A DNA stretch of 64,000 nt, from assembly GCA_052168235.1 (NCBI GenBank), contig JBQLZK010000019.1, positions 1 through 64,000 of the forward strand. Direction: 5' to 3'. Source of the stretch: Thainema sp. (GTDB lineage: Bacteria; Cyanobacteriota; Cyanobacteriia; Phormidesmidales; Phormidesmidaceae). The stretch's first letter is position 1. Every line of letters begins with the position of its first letter. Positions 10,167 through 20,306 of the stretch are shown here, in pieces. The position numbers and the translations under genes were made by a program. The notes below the pieces were generated by a model. It made no database searches. It was not told where the DNA came from and was given only the letters and a program-made list of their open reading frames with translations.

Positions 10167-13100
10167 CTATCCTTTAGCTTCTATGACATCCGGCTGACGT
10201 AGCATACGCTGATCAGAGCTGTCTTTAATTTGCCGACTCATTCTGCGGCGCTGAAGCAGGAGATGAACAGAGGGAATATAGTACAGCGCCAGCAAGGTTG
10301 CACCACCCAAACCACCTGCGATCGCAATTGCCAGTGGCGGCCAAAACCCCGTCGAATCCATCAGCAGCGGCACAAAGCCAATAATGGTCGTAAAGGTTGT
10401 TGCCAAAACATGACGAGTTGATTTCATCACCACTTGTTCGGTGGCGTAACGGTTGCCCTGCCGCGCCAATGGATCTTCCTGAAGGGCTGCCAGTACGACG
10501 ATTGAGTCGTTGATCGCCAAGCCAATTAAGCCCAAGGTACCGAGAATTGCGGTAAAGCCAAACAGTGAGCCGAAAACCTTAAGCGCCAGTGCGGCTAAAC
10601 CAACGGCTGCGATCGCAACGGAACCAATTAGCGCTGCTAAGCTAAACGAGTTGAACGACAACACCAGCGTCGCCGTCATCAGCACTAGGAGAATGCCGAC
10701 GGTAGAAAGCAAGTTACCAATTGCATTGCCCCGCGCATCAGCCTCGCCACCATACTCAATTCGATAGCCAGTCGGTAAGGAAAAATTGTGCTGCTCCAAC
10801 TGCTGTTGAAAGTTATCGAGCACTGTATCCGGCAACGCTCCGGCTGTGATGAATCCCTGCACCGTATTAATCCGCTGACCGTCACGGCGCGAAATGGTTG
10901 CCAGATCTGGTACTAAATCGACTTCTGCTAAAGCTGCCAGCGGCACGCTGCTAGACTGAGGGGTAACTAAGTCCAGTGACGCTACATTCGCTAAATCGCT
11001 GCGCTGTGCATCATTCAGCCTCACCCGCACCGGAATGTCTTCTGTCCCGTCCAAAACTGAGCCACCTACTGCGCCTTCTAGGGCAAAATTAAGCTGCTGT
11101 GCGATCGCAGCATTATCTAAGCCCACCTGCTGTGCCTGTACTTCGTCTAAGCTAAGGCTGAGCTTAGGCAGCGCTTCCGTTAAGTCTGCCTGAGTGTGAA
11201 TCACATCTGGCACCTGGGCTAGCTCCATCCGTAGCTGATTGCCAATCTGACGCAGCTGATCCAGATTTGAACCGTATACCAACAGCTCAATTGGCGCATC
11301 AAACGGTGGCCCTTGCTCAAGCTGCTTGACAAGTACCTGAGCATCCGGGAACGCCTGATCTAACTCCTGCTGTAGCTCTTGAATCGTTTGCCTTAAGTGT
11401 TTAGTTGAATTGAGCTGCACAAGGGCCTGGGCATAGTTGGGCGCATTTTCGCGCTCTCCAATCACGTTGTAGAAAAAGGCTGGTGCGCTTTTACCGAGGA
11501 ACCAATGTACGTCCGCGACTTCTGGATGCTGACGAATCTGGTCGCGAGCCTGGAGAATTTGTTCTTGAGTGGTTGCGATCGCGGTTTGAGTCGGTAGGAC
11601 AAATTCAATTTGAAACTGGTCGCGGTTCGTTGGTGGAAAGAATTGCTGTTCCAGCGTACCGAACTGAATAAAGCCAATCATGGGTAGCACCAACGCTAAA
11701 CCGACGCCCAGCCAAGGTCGGCGGAAGATTAACTGTAGAGTAGAGCGGTACAGTGCGGTCAACGATGCACTGGAGAATCCGTCATTCAGCCAGCGCCAGC
11801 GAGTCGTGAAGGGTTGCCAATAGTGCAGCCGACCGACCAGTGCTGCAATCACGGTCAGTGACAGGAAAAAGGAGCTAAGCAGCGCCAAAATCACGGTCAG
11901 ACCGATGGTGCCAATGAATTCACCCGCGCCTCCCGGTGAAGAGGCGATCGGTACAAAAGCAAAAACAGTGGTCAGTGTTGAAGCCGCTAGCGGCACAGCT
12001 AAGTGGCGCACGGTTAAGCTCACAGCCTCTCCTGGCGATAGACCTGCTCGCAGACGCACCTGCACCTCGTCTACCGTGACGATCGCATTATCAATCAGCA
12101 GCCCCAGCGCAATAATGATTCCGGTGACTGACATTTGGTGTAGCGGAATGCCAATCACATTCATGCTGCCAAACACCATCAGCGTTGCTAACGGTAGGGC
12201 TGTACCTACGATTAGCGCTGACTTCCAGCCCAACATCAGCAGCGATACTGCAATTACTAGAGCAGAACCTAGAATTAAGTTGCTGACTACGCCATTCAGC
12301 CGCTGCTGCACATACTGACTTTGATCTAAAACGGTCTGTAAGCCAATGCCGTCAGAAAGAGTTTGCTCAATCCTATCCAGTACCTGTCTCGCTTGCTCAG
12401 CCCACTGGTCAACCCGCTGACCGGACTCCACGGTCGCTGACACTACCATTGCCGGATAGCCGCTGACAAACGCTAAATCAGAAGCTGGATCTTGCTGCGC
12501 CTTAGTTACGGTTGCGATATCGCCAAGCTGAGCAGTTTGTCCATTAGCACCTGTGCGAATCGGGATCTGGCGGATGCGCTCCAGCGAATCCAACTCAGTA
12601 TCGACCTCAAGTAGCAGTTCCTGATCCGAGTTGCGGAGCTGTCCAGCAGAAACTTTGGCATCACTGGCCTGCACCTGCTGAGCTAACTGCTGTGCAGTTA
12701 GTCCAAATCGGGACAATTCGGACGGAATAATTTGCACCTGAATCTCTTCGTCCGGCTGGCCAAATAGATCAACCTTATCTGTACCGGGAATTGCCCGTAG
12801 CTGATCTTCAATGTCTTCCGCCAAACGATTCAAAATCGTATAGTTGACGGGGCTATCTAGTTCCCAAGTTAGCCCCACAATCATGGCACTTGCCGCCACA
12901 GCGCTATCACGATACTCTGGCTCAGTGGCTTCTGGCGGCAGTTCCGGTACAACATCATCGAGCTTACTGCGCACCTTTGACCAAACCGGATCAACCTCTC
13001 GAATCGCTTCCTTCAGTTCCACTGAGATTACCGAAATTCCAGCGCTAGACGTTGACTCAACCAGCTCAACTTCGTCTAGCTCAAACAGTTTCTCTTCAAT

Positions 13101-13289
13101 TTTCTCGGTTACTAGCGTTTCCACCCGTTCGGGACTCGCTCCGGGCAAAAATGTGGTGACGGTGGCATAGCGCTCCACAATTTGCGGATCTTCCATACGG
13201 GGCAAGGTCAGAAAGGCCGACAGTCCCCAAACCACGATTAGCGTGAGGGTTAACAGCAGCAGTTGACGATTACGATAGAAAAGATTCAT
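10167..13289 (-). CDS. RND efflux transporter permease (AcrB/D/F family)
   Basis: About 1040 aa, LPRMEDP, GLLIDNAIV, ASTLTT, 12-TM pattern. Confidence 0.93.
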   Translation of the reverse strand: MNLFYRNRQLLLLTLTLIVVWGLSAFLTLPRMEDPQIVERYATVTTFLPGASPERVETLVTEKIEEKLFELDEVELVESTSSAGISVISVELKEAIREVDPVWSKVRSKLDDVVPELPPEATEPEYRDSAVAASAMIVGLTWELDSPVNYTILNRLAEDIEDQLRAIPGTDKVDLFGQPDEEIQVQIIPSELSRFGLTAQQLAQQVQASDAKVSAGQLRNSDQELLLEVDTELDSLERIRQIPIRTGANGQTAQLGDIATVTKAQQDPASDLAFVSGYPAMVVSATVESGQRVDQWAEQARQVLDRIEQTLSDGIGLQTVLDQSQYVQQRLNGVVSNLILGSALVIAVSLLMLGWKSALIVGTALPLATLMVFGSMNVIGIPLHQMSVTGIIIALGLLIDNAIVTVDEVQVRLRAGLSPGEAVSLTVRHLAVPLAASTLTTVFAFVPIASSPGGAGEFIGTIGLTVILALLSSFFLSLTVIAALVGRLHYWQPFTTRWRWLNDGFSSASLTALYRSTLQLIFRRPWLGVGLALVLPMIGFIQFGTLEQQFFPPTNRDQFQIEFVLPTQTAIATTQEQILQARDQIRQHPEVADVHWFLGKSAPAFFYNVIGERENAPNYAQALVQLNSTKHLRQTIQELQQELDQAFPDAQVLVKQLEQGPPFDAPIELLVYGSNLDQLRQIGNQLRMELAQVPDVIHTQADLTEALPKLSLSLDEVQAQQVGLDNAAIAQQLNFALEGAVGGSVLDGTEDIPVRVRLNDAQRSDLANVASLDLVTPQSSSVPLAALAEVDLVPDLATISRRDGQRINTVQGFITAGALPDTVLDNFQQQLEQHNFSLPTGYRIEYGGEADARGNAIGNLLSTVGILLVLMTATLVLSFNSFSLAALIGSVAIAAVGLAALALKVFGSLFGFTAILGTLGLIGLAINDSIVVLAALQEDPLARQGNRYATEQVVMKSTRHVLATTFTTIIGFVPLLMDSTGFWPPLAIAIAGGLGGATLLALYYIPSVHLLLQRRRMSRQIKDSSDQRMLRQPDVIEAKG

Positions 13290-13327
13290 AGGTGGAGGGC
13301 GCATCCCGCGCCTAATACAGGATTGCT

Positions 13328-13352
13328 GTAGGGGCGTATGGCATACGCCCTA
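13328..13352. repeat. GTAG-type REP hairpin
   Basis: GTAGGGGCGTATGGCATACGCCCTA. Confidence 0.65.
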
Positions 13353-13472
13353 GTGAAGTGTGTTCTAGTACAACCCAAATCAATTTGGTCTTGATTTTTG
13401 AGACTCAGTTTTGCGGTTATTACGGTGCGTTACGGCTCCGCCTAACACTACGTATCTGTCGTCGCATACAAG

Positions 13473-14927
13473 TTACGGCAGGGCTTGCACGGCTTGACCT
13501 GGAACAATGCGATGGGTGCCGCTGGTAATAATCTGATCATTGTCCTGTAGCGTACCCCGTACTAAAACGCGATCGCGGTTTGTATCGGTATGCAGCACTT
13601 CCACTGTCCGCATTGCGACGACGGGATTTTCGTTCTCTGCTAGGTCATCGAGTACATACACTGACCACAGACCTCGACCTCCCTGAATTAAGGCTGTACT
13701 GGGTACCCAGAATCCTGCCGCTGGCTGTGATATGTTGAGCAGCAACTGAGCGGTTTGACCAATAGTGACGGCATTTGAAGGCTCTAGCTGTAGCACAACC
13801 GTTACCGTGCGGCTGGTCGGATCAAGCTCTGGCAACAGCGCCGTTACGGTAGCGGGAATAGCCTGCCCGTTGACCTGTAGCGTTTGGGAACTGCCAAATG
13901 CGATCGCACTTGCTTCATCTGTCGGTACACCAATCCGAGCTTCTAAATAATCCCCTTCAACCAGCTTCAGCACGGGCTGTCCGGGACTCGCGACTACCCC
14001 CTCATCAATTAAACGCTGACTGACAACCCCGTTAAATGGAGCGGTCAGCGTACTCTTGGAGCGCTGTACGTCAATAGCTTGAATACTGGCATCCAACTGC
14101 CGTACCCGAGCGGACTGAGCCGTGAGCTGCTCCGAGCGCGTACCTGCCAACAGTTCATCTAGCTGGCTCTGAGCCTGCCGCAGTCGATTCTCTAGCGAAC
14201 CCCGGCTAAAGCTTTGCTGATCCAATTCTTCCCGCGAGATCGCCCCTTCAGCATGGAGATATTCTCGCCGCGATTCCTGAAGCTGCGCTAGTTGAACCTG
14301 CTGCTCCAAGTCGGCCACTGCTGCCCGCGCTGCTGCAATCTCCTCCGTTCGTGGCCCTGCCTGAAGCTCCTGAAGCTGCGCCAGCATCTGATCCCGCTGC
14401 GCCACTAGCTGCTGTCGTTCTGTATCTAGCGATCGCATATCCAACTCCGCTAAAACCTGACCCGCTGCCACTGGCTCTCCTTCTTCCACGTAAAGCTGCG
14501 TGACGGTACCCGCTAATTCAAACCCTAAGTCGCTCGTACGCCGAGCAGTAATCTCCCCGGTGTAAGTTCGCTGCACCGTATAGCTGGTAACGGGTTCAGC
14601 CATCATCGTTTCCACAGGTAATGCCTGGGACTGTTCAACGGCAACTGGAGTTTGACTCGTTGAGCGCGATTGTGCGATCGCACCTGCACCCAGAACCCCA
14701 ACCACTAGCGGCAACAACCACAACAAGCGCCGCCGATTTTTGCGCTGCGAACTGCTTGATAAAACCGCTGACTGAGATGGAGATTGAGCCACATTCTCCA
14801 TTAACAATTCATCATCAACCAAATCTGACGTACCATCCTGACGCTCAACATCAGAATTCGAGTTGGGAGATGCAGAAGCATGGCAAAGGAAGCGCGTGAA
14901 GACCGAAGCGGGTGTCTCAGAGGTCAT
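13473..14927 (-). CDS. RND periplasmic adaptor (membrane fusion protein)
   Basis: TM anchor, lipoyl motifs (GFELAGTV, LTAPFNGVV), long coiled coil; start uncertain. Confidence 0.9.
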   Translation of the reverse strand: MTSETPASVFTRFLCHASASPNSNSDVERQDGTSDLVDDELLMENVAQSPSQSAVLSSSSQRKNRRRLLWLLPLVVGVLGAGAIAQSRSTSQTPVAVEQSQALPVETMMAEPVTSYTVQRTYTGEITARRTSDLGFELAGTVTQLYVEEGEPVAAGQVLAELDMRSLDTERQQLVAQRDQMLAQLQELQAGPRTEEIAAARAAVADLEQQVQLAQLQESRREYLHAEGAISREELDQQSFSRGSLENRLRQAQSQLDELLAGTRSEQLTAQSARVRQLDASIQAIDVQRSKSTLTAPFNGVVSQRLIDEGVVASPGQPVLKLVEGDYLEARIGVPTDEASAIAFGSSQTLQVNGQAIPATVTALLPELDPTSRTVTVVLQLEPSNAVTIGQTAQLLLNISQPAAGFWVPSTALIQGGRGLWSVYVLDDLAENENPVVAMRTVEVLHTDTNRDRVLVRGTLQDNDQIITSGTHRIVPGQAVQALP

Positions 14928-14946
14928 AGCCGTGTCCTTGAGGGAG

Positions 14947-15060
14947 TATTCAACAAGTTGCTATTCAATTGTTTGATATACATGTATTTTGATATACAAA
15001 AGTTTTGTATTCAACTTGTTGTATATTACGTCCACAGCTTATACTCAACTTATTGAGTAT
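14947..15060. promoter_or_regulatory. Tandem operator array, probably bound by PadR
   Basis: CAA-N4/5-TTG units at 14951, 14966, 14981, 14997, 15012, plus the perfect palindrome ATACTCAA-ctta-TTGAGTAT at 15041-15060. Confidence 0.6.
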
Positions 15061-15092
15061 GTCAACTCAAATACGTTTTCCTACAGGTCAAA

Positions 15093-15626
15093 ATGGCGTT
15101 AGCGCACACGATTTTAGTAGTTCTGGTCAATGAACCTTGCAGCGGTTACGACATCAGTAAGCGCTTTGACGAGGGCGTGGGCTGTTTCTGGCAAGCCAGC
15201 CAGCAGCAGATCTATCGCGAACTCAGCAAGATGGAAGACAAAGGCTGGGTCGAATCCGAAAAAATTCCCCAGGAAGGAAAGCCAGATAAGAAAATTTATT
15301 ACGTCACCGACACAGGCAAGCAGGAGTTAGCCAGTTGGTTTGCAGAACCCACTGAACCCACTCCCATTCGCGAGGATTTGCTGGTCAAAGTACTGTCCGG
15401 AGCCTTTATGCCACGCGATTTACTGGTTAAAGAATTGCAGTATCGTCGCCAAATGCACCTCGATCAGCTTGCGTTTTATAAAGAAAAAGATGCTCTATTC
15501 AAGGCAGAAACGAATCCCTCGTTGCCTGAACAGTTCCGCTATATGACCCTGCGACGCGGAATCCGCTACGAAATGGCCTGGATCGACTGGTGTGATGAGG
15601 TGTTGGAATTTATTAAAACGCTGTAA
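15093..15626 (+). CDS. PadR family transcriptional regulator
   Basis: SGYDI, QIYREL, KPDKKIYYVTDTG wHTH and Vir_act_alpha-like C-terminus; divergent from the RND operon. Confidence 0.92.
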   Translation: MALAHTILVVLVNEPCSGYDISKRFDEGVGCFWQASQQQIYRELSKMEDKGWVESEKIPQEGKPDKKIYYVTDTGKQELASWFAEPTEPTPIREDLLVKVLSGAFMPRDLLVKELQYRRQMHLDQLAFYKEKDALFKAETNPSLPEQFRYMTLRRGIRYEMAWIDWCDEVLEFIKTL

Positions 15627-15792
15627 AGAAACGCTGTAAATGCGATCGCATTGTTTCGTGTGGTTTTAGCTCGCTTAACTTTGGCAAAATTAGGTTTTGT
15701 CTCAAAATGTAACTTATCCGGATTGCTGATCAACTGCCTGAAGAGTGAAAGATGTTTTCCCTTTACTCTCGATCAACAAGGTGATCTCTATT

Positions 15793-16269
15793 ATGTTGAC
15801 GTCTAATTCCGGTGGGATGGTTACTCGCACAATTTTGAGTCGAGGTAGCACAGGCGAAATAGTTGAGTTTCTGCAACAGCAGCTTAGTAACTTCTATCAG
15901 TTACACTTCAATGCCGATGGCGTTTTTGGGGATGAGACGGAAACACTTGTCAAGCGCTTTCAGAACGACTGCAATCTAGTTATTGATGGAATCGTTGGGG
16001 TGAAAACCTGGATCTTTATTGATGAGATTATACCGCTTGCCACCTCACTACATTCTGTTTTGCGCCTCAATAGTAGAGGTCGAGAAGTCAAGTATCTTCA
16101 GGTACGACTGAATGGTTATTTTGGGCCTGAACTGGTGATTGATGGTACATTTGGTACGAGTACTGAATTGCAGGTTAAGCGTTTCCAAACCATCAGCGGT
16201 TTAACCGTAGATGGCATTGTAGGCGCTAACACCTGGGAATATATCAACCAGCCTCATTTTGATATCTAG
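15793..16269 (+). CDS. Peptidoglycan-binding domain protein (two PG_binding_1 repeats)
   Basis: Two copies of V-x-x-LQ...DG-x-FG-x-x-T...VKRFQ...DGIVG-x-x-TW. Confidence 0.85.
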   Translation: MLTSNSGGMVTRTILSRGSTGEIVEFLQQQLSNFYQLHFNADGVFGDETETLVKRFQNDCNLVIDGIVGVKTWIFIDEIIPLATSLHSVLRLNSRGREVKYLQVRLNGYFGPELVIDGTFGTSTELQVKRFQTISGLTVDGIVGANTWEYINQPHFDI

Positions 16270-16293
16270 ACGAATCTGGCGCATTGTAGATTA

Positions 16294-16398
16294 ATATCAA
16301 ATCCTCGTACAAAAAACCGATTTACTTTTTGTGAAAGGCCGACTGAGCCCGGCTTTCACAAGAAAATAAATCATTGGATTTTCAACCGGATTTTGTAT
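16294..16398. repeat. Palindromic element, family A (diverged)
   Basis: ATATCAAATCC...TTTTTGTGAAAGGCC/GGCTTTCACAAGAAAATAAAT...TTTTCAACCGGATTTTGTAT. Confidence 0.65.
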
Positions 16399-16406
16399 AA
16401 ACAACT

Positions 16407-16446
16407 AAAGAGGCAATTTTGCCGGACGCGGCAAAATTGCCTCTTT
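16407..16446. terminator. Bidirectional terminator hairpin between convergent genes
   Basis: AAAGAGGCAATTTTGCCG-gacg-CGGCAAAATTGCCTCTTT. Confidence 0.65.
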
Positions 16447-16467
16447 GGTTTTAGTGCAAGCAATCAG

Positions 16468-17049
16468 CTATTCAAAGCAAACTTGCTGGGAGCACCACCA
16501 TTCCAATAAAACGGCTCGACATTGCAGACAAATCAGAGCTTGCCTTAACTGCTGAATACCTGTTGCATTAACCGGATAGGCTTTGAAATCCTTGCCAGAT
16601 AATACGTTGGCAGCGCTAGCTAGATTCGCAACATAGCCATACAGTTTTTGATTTGAAAACGAACTATTGACGGGCCATCCCTCCGTATTTAACGGCCTGA
16701 GCTGAATAATTTCCGCCGCATCAACGGCCAACTCTCGCTTGAGAATTGCGATCGCAGTTTGCTCCCGTTGCTCCCGTGAAGATCCCTCTGGCACTCGACC
16801 ACCGGGAAAATCCAGACTCGCTTGACCCATACCAGGCCGATAACTGGGCGGCGGCAACACAATGCGATCGCACTGAATTGGTAGCACAATCAACGAATCG
16901 GCCTTTTCAATCCGCCAATATTCCAGCGTTTGCCCCTGATCATCCTGCAAATGCTCCCCAATCAGCGTCATCCAGCGAGAACGCAGCTCTAGGAAGCGAT
17001 CTTGAACAAGCCAGTCTTTACTCCTCACGCCTCTCGCCTTACTCCTCAC
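16468..17049 (-). CDS. Nudix-like hydrolase
   Basis: YRPG...LDFPGG and degenerate Nudix box ILKREL; N-terminus overlaps a heptamer tract, so start uncertain. Confidence 0.65.
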   Translation of the reverse strand: MRSKARGVRSKDWLVQDRFLELRSRWMTLIGEHLQDDQGQTLEYWRIEKADSLIVLPIQCDRIVLPPPSYRPGMGQASLDFPGGRVPEGSSREQREQTAIAILKRELAVDAAEIIQLRPLNTEGWPVNSSFSNQKLYGYVANLASAANVLSGKDFKAYPVNATGIQQLRQALICLQCRAVLLEWWCSQQVCFE

Positions 17050-17056
17050 TCTTTCC

Positions 17057-17683
17057 CTATTCAGCCAGATTTATCTGCCCCTGATACCCCGTGACAATAC
17101 GGCTGCCGTCTTTGAGGACATGGATTTCGATTTGGTCGCTGGCCCAGGTGAGGCGATCGTGTAGCGCGGGGTTCAAAACATGCACCCGCTGGTTGCTGGA
17201 GGATACCAAAGAGTCAGGGCTGTTAATCGCCAGCGATTCGACATAGGGGCCGTCAATGAGCAAATCGAGTTGGTCGAGTAAATCCTGTGCTCCGGCGGGT
17301 GCATTCTGCGATCGCAGTTGCTCAACCGTAAAGCCAGTAAACGACATGACGTTGAGTCCGGCAGCTTTGACCTGACGAGCCACTGCCGCGAGCGCTGTCG
17401 CTTGCCAGAAGGGTTCGCCACCGGAGAAGGTCACGCCTTCATTCTGGGGATGGCTGATAATTCGGTTGACCAGATCCTCGATTGAGATGAGCTGATTCGG
17501 TTCAAACGACCAGGACGCCTCATTGAAGCAGCCTGGGCACTCCCGTAAGCAGCCCTGCACCCAGACAACAGCACGGCAACCGGGGCCATTCACTTCCGAT
17601 TCATCAACGTAGCCCATGATATTGAGGTGGCCAGCCGGAATTTCAATCTGTTCGGTATAGGGATTAGCTTTGATGCGGGTCAT
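17057..17683 (-). CDS. NrdG-like radical SAM activase (single 4Fe-4S)
   Basis: VNGPG, WVQGCLRECPGCFN, GVTFSGGEPF, LIDGPY, SSNQR. Confidence 0.85.
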   Translation of the reverse strand: MTRIKANPYTEQIEIPAGHLNIMGYVDESEVNGPGCRAVVWVQGCLRECPGCFNEASWSFEPNQLISIEDLVNRIISHPQNEGVTFSGGEPFWQATALAAVARQVKAAGLNVMSFTGFTVEQLRSQNAPAGAQDLLDQLDLLIDGPYVESLAINSPDSLVSSSNQRVHVLNPALHDRLTWASDQIEIHVLKDGSRIVTGYQGQINLAE

Positions 17684-18669
17684 ACTGCAACTCCTTCGCT
17701 GGGTTGAGGTGCGCCAAAAATTCTATCGGTCAGTCTCACATACCAGGCAGCGGCCTGTACTTGAATGATATAAGCCATCGCAATAATCAGCGCAATTTCT
17801 GATCCCTGTTCACCCCCAAATACGGTGACGGCAATAGCCAAGGCAATCGATAAATTACGCATTACGGTGCCGTAAACAAGTGCGATCGCATCTCCTCGAT
17901 TAAACAAGGTCTTACCCACAATCGTACTTAAAATAAAATTACCGATATAAAGAACTGCAAGCGGGATCAGAAAAGACAACAATTCCAGCGGATTAGCCAC
18001 AATATCTTTCGCTTTGAGCGCCATCGCCACAAACACAATACCCAGTACGCCTAACGTAGAAAATGCCGGAAACTTTTGCTTCAAATTGCGATTATATTTA
18101 TCTGCACCGACAATCCGAATCAGAATTAGACGAGTGGCAACTCCCAATAGCATGGGTAAGAAAACGATAATGCCAATTTGTCGAAACGTGCTCGCCAAGG
18201 GGATTTCAATCACCGTTCCCATCAGCCACTTGGCATAAAATGGCGTGGCGATTGAGCCCAGAATGAGGCCAATTACTGTCATTTTAACAGCAGCACTTAG
18301 GTTACCTTTAGCGAATCCTGTCCAAGAAATGGTCATGCCGCTTGTCGGCAGAAGCGACGCCAGCAACAGGCCCAGCGCCACCAGAGGACGGTCGCTAAAG
18401 AACACTCGCCCCATGCCGTACGCAAAAAATGGCACAACCGCAAAATTGATGAACTGAGTCACAAGCTGTAGCTTGTAATCTTTACCTGACAAGACCTTCT
18501 GGACTTGCAGGTTAATCATCATCGGGTACACCATCAGAAAGGTGAGCGGTACAATCCAAGCTTTTAGCGGAGCCGGATTAGTCAGATATCCCACTACAAT
18601 TCCAGCCACCATCGACGATGGAACGGCCCAAACCAGATTCTTTTGAAAAATCTCCAGTAGCTTCCACAC
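17680..18669 (-). CDS. ACR3/bile-acid:sodium symporter (BART) family transporter
   Basis: About 10 TM helices, MVYPMM, PTSGMTISWTGFAKGN, RNLSIALAIA. Confidence 0.75.
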   Translation of the reverse strand: MWKLLEIFQKNLVWAVPSSMVAGIVVGYLTNPAPLKAWIVPLTFLMVYPMMINLQVQKVLSGKDYKLQLVTQFINFAVVPFFAYGMGRVFFSDRPLVALGLLLASLLPTSGMTISWTGFAKGNLSAAVKMTVIGLILGSIATPFYAKWLMGTVIEIPLASTFRQIGIIVFLPMLLGVATRLILIRIVGADKYNRNLKQKFPAFSTLGVLGIVFVAMALKAKDIVANPLELLSFLIPLAVLYIGNFILSTIVGKTLFNRGDAIALVYGTVMRNLSIALAIAVTVFGGEQGSEIALIIAMAYIIQVQAAAWYVRLTDRIFGAPQPSEGVAV

Positions 18670-18723
18670 AGTTCACAATTCTCCTGAGTTATTGTCTTGA
18701 GTTATCAATGTTGGAAATATTTA

Positions 18724-18749
18724 GTAGGGGCGAATGGTATTCGTCCCTA
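18724..18749. repeat. GTAG-type REP hairpin
   Basis: GTAGGGGCGAATGGTATTCGTCCCTA. Confidence 0.6.
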
Positions 18750-18763
18750 TCGATCCCTATGGC

Positions 18764-19108
18764 TTAATGGGAAACCTGTAAGGTGCGATCGAGTTCTGCG
18801 ATGAGCTGTGAAATGCGATCGCGGATTGCATTCACATTCGGTTTCGGTTGCTCTTCGAGCGCCATCGCCACCATTTGCAGCCCGATCTCCACAGCATCCG
18901 TAGAACTGAGCATGATCACGAACATATCGTCTGGATTGTTGGTCACCTCAAAATTGAGGTGAATAGAGGCCGGGTTCTGCTGCTCTTGACCCTCAACTGC
19001 ACCAACACGAGAAATCTTGCTGCCTTTAACAGTAGCGACATCATTGACCTGCCCCATTAGCGTAATGTCATGGGTGGTGAGGGAGTGGGTGACAAACTTA
19101 ACGGTCAT
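18764..19108 (-). CDS. Hypothetical protein (114 aa)
   Basis: Strong RBS GGAGG upstream of ATG; co-oriented within the operon; no family recognised. Confidence 0.7.
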   Translation of the reverse strand: MTVKFVTHSLTTHDITLMGQVNDVATVKGSKISRVGAVEGQEQQNPASIHLNFEVTNNPDDMFVIMLSSTDAVEIGLQMVAMALEEQPKPNVNAIRDRISQLIAELDRTLQVSH

Positions 19109-19202
19109 GGTTTTGCCTCCTATATACGGCAATAATTGATAGAGATTGACTACGGCAATGATTAGATAATGAATCTGGAGTTGATTAGGTTGGCCAGCAG
19201 GG

Positions 19203-20306
19203 TCAGGTATCGGCCACTAGCTCTGCCATCAGCGCTGCAACAGGCACAATCTCCGTCGCTCGCCCTGCATGGCTACCTGCAAAAACTAAACCCTGTTGCA
19301 CATCTCCCCGTGCGGCCCGATCAAGCGCCTGAAGAATACAGAATCCTTCCTTCGCCTCCCGATATCGACAAACCTGCAAGCAGTTGGCAATGCATCGTTT
19401 AACCAAGGGATCGGGTAAGTTCTGGGCAGCCTGCTCTGTGAACGAATTGCGCAGTGCTCGTCCCGGCAGCCCCACCGGACTAGACAAAATCACAACATCA
19501 TCAGCACTGGCCTGTAGATGAAATTCTTTGTAGCGGATGTTGGCATCGCACTCATGGGTCGTAATAAATCGAGTGCCAATCTGAACACCGTTAGCCCCCA
19601 ATGCCAGCATGCGGTTGATGTCCTGCCGATCCCAAATGCCGCCCGCCGCAATTACGGGTATATCAACGTTTAGATCATGCTGTAGGTAATTTACTAACTC
19701 TGGGATAACGATATCCAGATCCAGAGCTGGTTTACCTAAATCCTCAGCTTTTGCGCCTAAGTGACCGCCCGCAGCATTGGGTGTTTCCACAACAAATGCA
19801 TCCGGCAGACGACCATAGCGAGATTCCCAGCGACGACAGATGAGTTTGGCCGCTCGCAGGGTGGAAATGATTGGCACCAGGGCCACATCTGGATAGGATT
19901 GCGTGTACTCCGGCAAGTTCAACGGTAGCCCTGCGCCGCTGAGTATGATGTTTGCCCCGTGGGCCGCCGCCGTCCGCGCCAGCGTTTCATGATCGCGGGC
20001 CGCCATCATTGAGTTAATGCCAATAATGCCGTCTGGGCTTAGCTCTCGTGCTCGTTCTAGTTCATCAATGAGCGCTAGTCGATTTGCAGCAAAAAAGGTG
20101 TTCTTGGGCTGCTGCAGGTCGAAGTAAGGAGACCGAAACCCCAATCCAACAGCAGAGATAACACCAATGCCTCCCGCATTGGCAACGGCAGCGGCAAGAT
20201 TAGCACCCGAAATTCGAATGCCCATACCGCCTTGAATGATCGGATAGCGAGCTATATGTTGACCAATTTTGAGCGATGGTAGCGTAGTCATCATGCGTAT
20301 CGTCAT
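19203..20306 (-). CDS. Nitronate monooxygenase/FabK-like flavoprotein with 4Fe-4S Cys motif (FabX/UfaA-like), paralog 1
   Basis: PIIQGGMG, AGGHLG, IAAGGI, GVQIGTRF, CIANCLQVC...FCI. Confidence 0.85.
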   Translation of the reverse strand: MTIRMMTTLPSLKIGQHIARYPIIQGGMGIRISGANLAAAVANAGGIGVISAVGLGFRSPYFDLQQPKNTFFAANRLALIDELERARELSPDGIIGINSMMAARDHETLARTAAAHGANIILSGAGLPLNLPEYTQSYPDVALVPIISTLRAAKLICRRWESRYGRLPDAFVVETPNAAGGHLGAKAEDLGKPALDLDIVIPELVNYLQHDLNVDIPVIAAGGIWDRQDINRMLALGANGVQIGTRFITTHECDANIRYKEFHLQASADDVVILSSPVGLPGRALRNSFTEQAAQNLPDPLVKRCIANCLQVCRYREAKEGFCILQALDRAARGDVQQGLVFAGSHAGRATEIVPVAALMAELVADT

